Assembly (NCBI GenBank): GCA_964524965.1
Contig: CAZGDY010000002.1
Location: 1 to 46,097, forward strand
Reading direction: 5' to 3'
DNA: 46,097 nucleotides
Source: an uncultured Clostridia bacterium
GTDB taxonomy: Bacteria > Aerophobota > Aerophobia > Aerophobales > B3-G15
Position 1 is the stretch's first letter; each line of letters starts with the position of its first letter. Shown piece after piece: positions 39,729 to 46,097 of this stretch. The notes under the pieces are model-generated. The model worked only from the letters and a program-made list of their open reading frames with translations, was not told where the DNA came from and did no database searches. Position numbers and translations under genes: made by a program.

Positions 39729-40244
39729 TTATCCGCTTCCGTATCCTATGTCTCCACTTGACGTTACACCCTCTGCCGGATCATACCACGAATCGTCAAT
39801 ACCATAAGGATCGTCTTCATTCTTTACACCTTCTGCTCCACCAACTGCCCCTCGTACCCGGTTAGTAAAAGTAACATCACTCGATGTAATCTTCTCACTT
39901 TCGTCCGGACCGTAACCAAGAATTAAGTACATAGCATCACCACTGGTAACTATTTTGTAAGGATTATCCCAGGGATCACTCCAAACAGTAGTTCCAATGT
40001 AAGCTTCACCCAAATCACTGGTAGTACTAGCGTAAGTTAAGTGATCAATGTAGTACAACTCTTCCGCTTTGCCTATCGCATCCATGTCAGCAAAAGATTT
40101 TGCTACTTTAGCCCTAGTTCTCGCTCCCAGGAAGTTAGGAATGGCAATACCAGCAAGAACACCAATAATGGCCACTACAATCAAAAGCTCAACTAAGGTA
40201 AATCCCTTCTTCCTATACCACACTTTTTTCATTATCTTCTGCAT
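39729..40244 (-). CDS. type IV pilin-like / T2SS major pseudopilin GspG-like protein
   Basis: Class III signal peptide KKGFTLVELLIVVAIIGVLAGIAIPNF (cleavage at G|F, with Glu at +5). The GspG-type motif DPWDNPY is followed by ..LGYGPD. The acidic, Gly-rich C-terminal extension is unusual. I prefer ATG 40244 (GGGAGG lies 11 nt upstream). The listed GTG at 40256 is inside that RBS. Confidence 0.85.
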   Translation of the reverse strand: MQKIMKKVWYRKKGFTLVELLIVVAIIGVLAGIAIPNFLGARTRAKVAKSFADMDAIGKAEELYYIDHLTYASTTSDLGEAYIGTTVWSDPWDNPYKIVTSGDAMYLILGYGPDESEKITSSDVTFTNRVRGAVGGAEGVKNEDDPYGIDDSWYDPAEGVTSSGDIGYGSG

Positions 40245-40323
40245 TTTTTTTCTCACCTCCCTTCAATGTTTAGTTTTGGTTATCTCACAATCAAATTTTA
40301 TTCTTTTTTTGATTTTTTATCAA

Positions 40324-40356
40324 TAAAAAAGAGCCCATTCGGAGGAATGAGCTCTT
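40324..40356 (-). terminator. intrinsic terminator inside the pseudopilin 5' leader (candidate riboswitch expression platform)
   Basis: Minus strand reads AGAGCUCAUUC-CUCC-GAAUGGGCUCU followed by UUUUUU. It lies about 80 nt upstream of the pilin start codon and directly after the structured element. Confidence 0.65.
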
Positions 40357-40374
40357 TTTAGTGCAAATTTTTAA

Positions 40375-40464
40375 GAGAGCTTCGGCAAGTTAACAACCCC
40401 TATTAAACAGGTGGGTCTTAACTTTTGCGACCTATCCTTCCGAATAGTGTGCCTTTTCGGCTCC
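40375..40464 (-). promoter_or_regulatory. candidate c-di-GMP-I (GEMM-I)-like riboswitch aptamer
   Basis: Minus strand sequence: GGAGCCGAAAAGGCACACUAUUC-GGAA-GGAUAGGUCGCAAAAGUUAAGACCC-ACCUGUUUAAUA-GGGGUUGUUAACUUGCCGAAGCUCUC. It forms two side-by-side hairpins, the first 6 bp with a GNRA loop. GGCA/UGCC and GAGC/GCUC pairings enclose them. The junction strings resemble GGCAAA and ACGCAAAGC of GEMM-I. Confidence 0.5.
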
Positions 40465-40495
40465 TTTATCTTAATTATGAGAAACAACTGAATAC

Positions 40496-40524
40496 ATTGT
40501 TAGCACAAAAAAAATACTTGTCAA
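40496..40524 (-). promoter_or_regulatory. sigma70-like promoter driving the structured leader and pseudopilin gene
   Basis: Minus strand reads TTGACA (40524-40519), a 17 nt spacer, then AACAAT (40501-40496). It begins 14 nt after the stop of the upstream Wzy_C-TPR gene. Confidence 0.5.
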
Positions 40525-40537
40525 GGGGGTGGGTAAA

Positions 40538-42934
40538 TTAAGCTCCTAATTTTATCGGATTTTCAGCTTCTTTTTCTCTAATAAAACAACGTAGCCTTAC
40601 CTCTTCAGAAAACAAGAGATTTCCCTTAGAAACAAGTCGGGCTAAGATAATGTACTCCCCGGAAGAAATTTCTTTTTCCACTTTGAATTTTAAGATAGCA
40701 GGACAAGCAGAAGATAGATTTAAATTTAAAAAATCCTTTTCCCAAAAAAGTTTTTCCTCGTCTTTTATCTCTATTTGCAAGGAAAAATCTTCGTTAGCGC
40801 TGAGAACATTTTTTTTTGCATAGATAAGGGCATTAAGATAAAAATGTTTCTTAGGCCCCGTTAAATAAGAAAGAAAAACAAGAAGATAATCATCGCGTGG
40901 AAAAAAAGAAAAAGAAGGCAAAATTTCTTTTATGCTCAATTTATCTTTGTTTTTCTGCTCTTTTTCGGCTAATTTATGATACTCTTGATAAACCAACGAA
41001 AGTTTTTCCGGCAAAGAAAATTGTGAATTCCAGATATTTCCCTGAACATAATATAAAAAAGCATTATCTAACCTTTTTTCTGCTACTTTTAAATTTCCCT
41101 GCTTTATATTAGTTTCTGCTTCCAAAAGATTCAAATAACCAAAATTGCTATAGCCGGCAGAAAAATTAGGGTACAAAAAAATACAAGTAGAAAGAGCTTT
41201 TCTTGCCTCCTCCATCTTTCCCAATTTAAGGTAGGCAAATGCCTTTCGGTTGTGTATATTAGGTATATTCCAGTTAAGCTCAGCCCTATTGGCAGAGTTA
41301 ATTACATCCTGATAAAGTCCCTGATAACTATAGATTCTTGTAAGATCAGCAAAAGCCTGAGCATTATAAGGATTAATCTTCACTGCCTTTTCCAACTGTT
41401 TTTTGGCTGAAAAATAGGCATCAGTTTCCATGAAAAGTTGGCCTTGTTTTACATTAAGATCCGAGATGAATATTTTCATTCTCCAAAAAGACAAATACGA
41501 AGCACCACTAATAATTAGTAACAGAGCAACCCACCTTAGAAGCACTTTAGACTGGGTGAAAAACAGTTTTTTGGTACTCTCCACCTCATTTATCAGATAA
41601 TCTTTAGCGCCTTTTCTCCATTTAATTTTTCCCTGAATTATTCCAGCTGCAAGGGCCAGAAACAACCAAAACACCATCCCATTTTGGATAATATGAAAAG
41701 GAAAACTAACCAGAGCATGAATTAAAAAAGAAGTTATTCCTCCACTAAGAAATATTAAAAATAAACAAGGAGTGGTAGTTTTTTCTCGGATATTTTTCCT
41801 TAAAAAAGAAAAGAGTTTCCAATAAAAAAGACCTATAATTCCTAAAAAAAGAGAAAGTCCTATTAAACCTTCCTCTGCCCATATCTGAAGATAATCATTG
41901 TGGGCATTTATAGAACGATTAGCTCTGGTTAAATAATTTTTATTTTCCTCTCGGGAAAGAACCCTCCCCTGAGCTGAAGGATAATGAACTCCAAAGGTTC
42001 CCACTCCCCAACCTAAAATAGGTTTCTCCTTTATGAGCTCAAGTGCAGATTGCCAGATTAAAAAACGATGAGAAGAAGAAGCTTTAGGACTTACTACTGA
42101 AACACTTCTTTCCACTAAATTTATCTTTTTAAGATTAAGCGGATTAGGAAATAAGAAAATGAGACTGATAACAAAAATCATCATTGCCAATAAAACAACA
42201 GATAATTTATTCCTCTTAAAAAAATCACCCCTGTAAAAAAAGAGCAAAACTAAAACAAAAAAACTGGAGAAAAAAAGGGCAACCCAGGCTCCTCTGGCAT
42301 AAGTCATCAGGCAACTTGCGTAAAGAATGCCAATTATTATTAACCACAAAAACTTCCATTTTTTTTGGATAAAAAAAAGAAGAACTCCTAAGTGTAAAGC
42401 TGCCACTAAGTAACCGGCCAGATAGTTAGGATTACCAAAGGTGGAAAAAAGACGAAGCCTTGATGTCAATTGCTTCCAAATGGGTAGTTCAGCCCCGTAA
42501 AACTGAAAAAAGCTATAGGCGGCAGCTAAAAATCCAGCACTAACAACCCCTATTAATAAAATTTTTACCCATCTTTCATTTTCGATCGCTTTAAAAGTTA
42601 AAAAATAAACGGTAAAAAATACACCCCAAACTCCCAAACCAAGAAAGGAAGCATAAAGAGAAGCACTCCAGATAGAAGATATCACTGAAAAGGCACTAAA
42701 AAAAATAATAAATAAAGTAAGAAAAGGGGGGGAGGAAAAAGTTGATTTATTAAAAAATAATTCGAAAGATAAACCGCTTAACAAAGCTAAACACCCAATC
42801 TGAGCAAATGTTTGCTTAACGGAAGAGAAAGTTGTAGCCCATCCGTAAAAAAGGAGAGGAGTTAAAAAAATTAGCTCAAAAAGTCCCAAGCGAATAAAAA
42901 AAATGAGAGAGGGAAAAGACTTACTCTCATCCAT
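40538..42934 (-). CDS. O-antigen ligase/polymerase family (Wzy_C) polytopic membrane protein with C-terminal TPR repeats and an unknown tail domain
   Basis: About 12 TM helices. The Wzy_C signature loop is NAHNDYLQIWAEEGLIGL, with NPNYLAGYL earlier in the protein. After residue ~500 come TPR-like repeats (..AKKQLEKAVKINPYNAQAFADL.., ..GKMEEARKALSTCIFLYPNF..) and a ~150 aa unassigned C-terminal domain. Confidence 0.75.
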   Translation of the reverse strand: MDESKSFPSLIFFIRLGLFELIFLTPLLFYGWATTFSSVKQTFAQIGCLALLSGLSFELFFNKSTFSSPPFLTLFIIFFSAFSVISSIWSASLYASFLGLGVWGVFFTVYFLTFKAIENERWVKILLIGVVSAGFLAAAYSFFQFYGAELPIWKQLTSRLRLFSTFGNPNYLAGYLVAALHLGVLLFFIQKKWKFLWLIIIGILYASCLMTYARGAWVALFFSSFFVLVLLFFYRGDFFKRNKLSVVLLAMMIFVISLIFLFPNPLNLKKINLVERSVSVVSPKASSSHRFLIWQSALELIKEKPILGWGVGTFGVHYPSAQGRVLSREENKNYLTRANRSINAHNDYLQIWAEEGLIGLSLFLGIIGLFYWKLFSFLRKNIREKTTTPCLFLIFLSGGITSFLIHALVSFPFHIIQNGMVFWLFLALAAGIIQGKIKWRKGAKDYLINEVESTKKLFFTQSKVLLRWVALLLIISGASYLSFWRMKIFISDLNVKQGQLFMETDAYFSAKKQLEKAVKINPYNAQAFADLTRIYSYQGLYQDVINSANRAELNWNIPNIHNRKAFAYLKLGKMEEARKALSTCIFLYPNFSAGYSNFGYLNLLEAETNIKQGNLKVAEKRLDNAFLYYVQGNIWNSQFSLPEKLSLVYQEYHKLAEKEQKNKDKLSIKEILPSFSFFPRDDYLLVFLSYLTGPKKHFYLNALIYAKKNVLSANEDFSLQIEIKDEEKLFWEKDFLNLNLSSACPAILKFKVEKEISSGEYIILARLVSKGNLLFSEEVRLRCFIREKEAENPIKLGA

Positions 42935-42941
42935 GACCTTT

Positions 42942-44174
42942 TTATCCTGCTATGTGTTGGAACATTGTAAAATAAGGTAGGTACATCGCCACCACTATTA
43001 CCCCTACTGTGCCTCCCAAAAAAGCTATTAGTACCGGCTCAATTAAACTGGCAAGAGATTCTACCATTCGATTAACTTCATCCTCGTAAAAATCGGCTAT
43101 TTTATTTAACATTGTATCAAGAGCACCTGTTTTTTCGCCCACAGCAATCATATTCACAACAAGAGGAGGGAAAACAGAATATCTTTTAAGAGGTACGGCA
43201 ATAGTTTCCCCTTCTCTTAAAGCTTCTCTTGATTCTTCGGTAGCTTTCTCAATAATTCTACTCCCCGCTGTTTTCCCCGTAAGAGTCAAAGCCTCAAGGA
43301 TAGGAACACCGCTATTAGATAATGTAGCAAGAGTTCGGGCAAATCTGGACAGAGCTATTCTATGGTAGAGCTTTCCCATAACAGGTATTTTTAATTTTAG
43401 AGCATCCAACCACAAAGCTCCTTTATCCGTCCTTTTAAGTAGCACGTAAACAAGATAAACTATCACAATTGTAATGGGAATGATGTAAAACTGCTCTCTT
43501 AAGTATCGAGACAAATCAAGAATAAATTGAGTAAAGGCAGGTAATTTTGCTCCAAAACCTTCTTCAAAAAGTTCTTCCATTATTGGTAGAATATAAAATA
43601 GCAAGACTAAGGTTAATCCTCCGGTCATAAATAAGACAAAAAGAGGATAGCGCATAGCTGTTTTTATTTTATTTTTAATGCTTTCTGTGCTTTCAAGATA
43701 ATTTGCCAGTCTCAATAATATTTCATCAAGTATCCCCCCTGTCTCTCCCGCTCTTATCAAATTGTAAATTAACGGTGGAAACTTTTTGGGATGACGAGAA
43801 AAAGCATCAGAGAGGTAGGTTCCTGCCTTGATATCTTCTCTTACTTTAATTAAAACCTCTCGGAGAGTAATATTTTGAACCTGTTCAACTAAAATATCAA
43901 GAGACTGAACAATAGGTAGTCCAGCATCTATAAGAGTAGCAAACTGGCGAAATGTAATAATGATATCTCTTGTTTTAACTCTAGGTTTAAAAATGGAAAA
44001 CTCGGAAAGATTCTTTCCTCCCATTCTGGCTAACCCAGATTGCCTTCTTAAAGAAATAACAGAAAGTCTGCGCGGACGTAAACGAGAGATTACTGCTCTT
44101 TCATTATCAGCCTCAATTTCACCTTTAATTTTTTTTCCTGTAAAATCCCGAGCTACATAAGTATAGTTTGGCAT
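42942..44174 (-). CDS. pilC: type IV pilus / T2SS inner-membrane platform protein (GspF/PilC family)
   Basis: Two T2SS-F repeats (FSRQFATLIDAGLPIVQSL-type and FARTLATLSNSGVPILEAL), three TM segments, 410 aa. Confidence 0.9.
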   Translation of the reverse strand: MPNYTYVARDFTGKKIKGEIEADNERAVISRLRPRRLSVISLRRQSGLARMGGKNLSEFSIFKPRVKTRDIIITFRQFATLIDAGLPIVQSLDILVEQVQNITLREVLIKVREDIKAGTYLSDAFSRHPKKFPPLIYNLIRAGETGGILDEILLRLANYLESTESIKNKIKTAMRYPLFVLFMTGGLTLVLLFYILPIMEELFEEGFGAKLPAFTQFILDLSRYLREQFYIIPITIVIVYLVYVLLKRTDKGALWLDALKLKIPVMGKLYHRIALSRFARTLATLSNSGVPILEALTLTGKTAGSRIIEKATEESREALREGETIAVPLKRYSVFPPLVVNMIAVGEKTGALDTMLNKIADFYEDEVNRMVESLASLIEPVLIAFLGGTVGVIVVAMYLPYFTMFQHIAG

Positions 44175-44209
44175 TGCGCATCTACCTTTTAATAATGTCT
44201 ATTATTCCG

Positions 44210-45922
44210 CTAAGTAATACCTATTATCCGGCCCATTTCCTCTACAGTACTCTCTCCTTTTAGCACCTTGATAATAGCATTTTCCTTCAGAGAAACCATT
44301 CCTTGTTCCAAAGCTAACTTTTTAATCTCAATATCGGAAGCTCTTTTTACTATCAACTCTTTCATGTTATCATCAACTTCCAGAGCCTCCATCACAGCCA
44401 TTCTCCCCTTATAACCACTATTATTGCAGACACTACAGCCTTTTTTCCGATAGAAAACCACATCTTTAGGGTCCTTTTCAACACCCATTTCTTTTAAAAG
44501 GAGTGGCGAAGGATTGTAAGTCTCAGCACATTCCTTGCAAACTTTACGCATCAGACGTTGGGCACCCACAAAAATAAGAGAACCAGCTACTAAAAAAGGT
44601 TCGATCCCCATATTAAGTAGTCTGGTTATAGCTCCCGCAGCATCATTGGTATGAAGAGTGGTGAATAAAAGATGTCCGGTAAGAGCAGCTTTGATACCTA
44701 TGTCTGCTGTTTCTAAATCTCTCATCTCTCCTAACATTATTATGTCAGGGTCCTGCCTGAGAAAACTTCTGAGAACCCGGGAAAAAGTTAAACCTATTTC
44801 CTCCTTAACCTGAACCTGATTTACACCTTCTTGCTCATATTCCACAGGATCCTCAATAGTAATGATATTTCTATCATAAGTATTAAGAGTTCTTATGGCT
44901 GCATGAAGAGAGGTAGATTTACCAGAACTGGTAGGACCTGTCAAAATAATCATTCCATAGGGATGTTTAATAGCTTTTTGATATTTTTTAAAAACATCTT
45001 TTTCTAATCCTAATTTATCAATACTTAAACCCATCAATTGAGCTTTGTCAAGAAGACGTAAGGCAATTTTCTCTCCATGTATTGTGGGAACAGTGGAAAC
45101 TCTAAAATCTATATCCCGATTGTAAGCTCTTATTCTAAATCTTCCATCTTGAGGAAGACGGCGTTCTGCAATGTCCATTTCCGACAAGATTTTTACGCGG
45201 GAGATTATCGCATTTTGTACCCTCTTGGGTAAATTCATAGCAGAGTAGAGAATTCCATCAATACGGTAGCGAACCTGCATTTTATGCTCAAATGGTTCCA
45301 GATGAATATCAGTAGTTCTTTCTCTTATGCCTCGAGAAATAATCATATTTACCATTTTGACAATGGGAGCCTGTTTAGCTTCTTGGAGTAGTTCATCTAA
45401 ATTAACTGAATCTTCCCCTGTTACTACTGTTAAATCATCATCACCCGTAGAGTGTTGAATGAGAGTAGCAAGGTTTTGCTCCGCTTTGGCAGAAAAATAA
45501 TTAGCTATAACATTATCCATTTCAGTAGGTGTTACCGCTATAGTTTGAATAGCATAACCGGTCCTTTCCCTAAGAGAATCAATGAGAAGTACATTTAAAG
45601 GATCAGCTGTAGCTATAGTTAAACCGTTTCCGGATTTTGCCAAAGGAATTACTTTTTCTCGACGAATAACGTCTTCAGGAAGAATTTCCACTACTTCTGG
45701 ATCCAGCTTATAATTATCTAATTTTACATGAGGAATTCCCACCTGCTTACCTAAGCTAATTACAAGCTGTTCTTCGGTAACTAAACCTAACTTTGTTAAT
45801 ATATTAGGTAAATTACCTCCGTTTTCCTTTTGATACTGTTGAGCTTTTTTTAAGCCTTCCTTATTAATAAAATTTTCTTTAAGAAGAACTTCTCCTAAGC
45901 TCATTCTAACAAGCTTAGCCAT
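44210..45922 (-). CDS. pilB: type IV pilus assembly / T2SS ATPase (GspE/PilB family)
   Basis: N-terminal T2SSE_N domain, Walker A GPTSSGKST, Asp box, Walker B DPDIIMLGEMRD, His box TGHLLFTTLHTND, and the tetracysteine CKEC...CSVC. Confidence 0.92.
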   Translation of the reverse strand: MAKLVRMSLGEVLLKENFINKEGLKKAQQYQKENGGNLPNILTKLGLVTEEQLVISLGKQVGIPHVKLDNYKLDPEVVEILPEDVIRREKVIPLAKSGNGLTIATADPLNVLLIDSLRERTGYAIQTIAVTPTEMDNVIANYFSAKAEQNLATLIQHSTGDDDLTVVTGEDSVNLDELLQEAKQAPIVKMVNMIISRGIRERTTDIHLEPFEHKMQVRYRIDGILYSAMNLPKRVQNAIISRVKILSEMDIAERRLPQDGRFRIRAYNRDIDFRVSTVPTIHGEKIALRLLDKAQLMGLSIDKLGLEKDVFKKYQKAIKHPYGMIILTGPTSSGKSTSLHAAIRTLNTYDRNIITIEDPVEYEQEGVNQVQVKEEIGLTFSRVLRSFLRQDPDIIMLGEMRDLETADIGIKAALTGHLLFTTLHTNDAAGAITRLLNMGIEPFLVAGSLIFVGAQRLMRKVCKECAETYNPSPLLLKEMGVEKDPKDVVFYRKKGCSVCNNSGYKGRMAVMEALEVDDNMKELIVKRASDIEIKKLALEQGMVSLKENAIIKVLKGESTVEEMGRIIGIT

Positions 45923-46097
45923 TTTATCCTCATTGGGTTTTATTAATTAATTTAAGAGTACCACATCGAATAGGAGTGTCAAGAAGGTACGGCAATAACT
46001 GTTTTTTTCTAAGTTTGAGCTGATTTCAAATTAATCTGGCCCAGCGTAAAATTTTGATAATAGATACTTAGTTTTTTAACCTTTGCCCTAATAATCC

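Noticed and set aside
40375-40464. Possibility that the structured element upstream of the pilin is a small SRP (4.5S) RNA, because of the hairpin with a GGAA tetraloop.
   Set aside because: The stem under the tetraloop is fully paired and lacks the conserved asymmetric and symmetric loop sequences of SRP domain IV (..GGUCC-GGAA-GGAAGCAGC..). The element is followed by a terminator and a gene in the same transcription unit, which fits a cis-regulatory leader.

Overview
This 46 kb window looks like a low-GC chromosome segment from an anaerobic, diderm bacterium (BamA is present). I cannot assign taxonomy from sequence alone. I saw no transposase, integrase, CRISPR array, phage gene or recognisable defence gene. 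The window divides into four parts.

(1) Nt 1-6.8 kb:
- An O2-stress pair: a desulfoferrodoxin (5'-truncated by the window edge) and a ferritin-like diiron protein.
- A TusA-like / DsrE-like / IscS-like / IscU-fusion sulfur and Fe-S cluster.
- A two-subunit 2-oxoacid:ferredoxin oxidoreductase.

(2) Nt 6.8-12.0 kb:
- A 670 bp AT-rich non-coding spacer.
- A four-gene module: Zn-dehydrogenase, FGGY kinase, class I aldolase, MFS transporter.

(3) Nt 12.1-17.2 kb, a nitrosative/oxidative stress block:
- A leaderless Rrf2 regulator, hcp and a small Cys-rich protein.
- A flavin-reductase-rubredoxin fusion with fprA.
- Rubrerythrin.

(4) Nt 17.4-45.9 kb, an almost unbroken minus-strand run. Only nikR is on the plus strand.
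- Housekeeping genes: ilvB, secA, ogt, uvrC, rsmD, bamA, clpC, purA, dnaB, serA, a class V aminotransferase and rpmA.
- A type A RNase P RNA overlapping the stop codon of rnhA, and a tRNA-Arg(UCG).
- A type IV pilus / T2SS-like cluster: pilB, pilC, a Wzy_C-TPR membrane protein, a GspG-like pseudopilin and pilD.

The three most interesting observations are:
- A self-contained promoter, structured leader and terminator unit in front of the pseudopilin gene. It looks like a c-di-GMP-I (GEMM-I) riboswitch.
- An IscS-like protein with Thr in place of the PLP Schiff-base lysine, sitting directly behind TusA and DsrE persulfide-carrier homologues.
- An O-antigen-ligase-family protein embedded in the pilus operon.

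All calls come from reading the translations and the DNA by eye. No database search was run.
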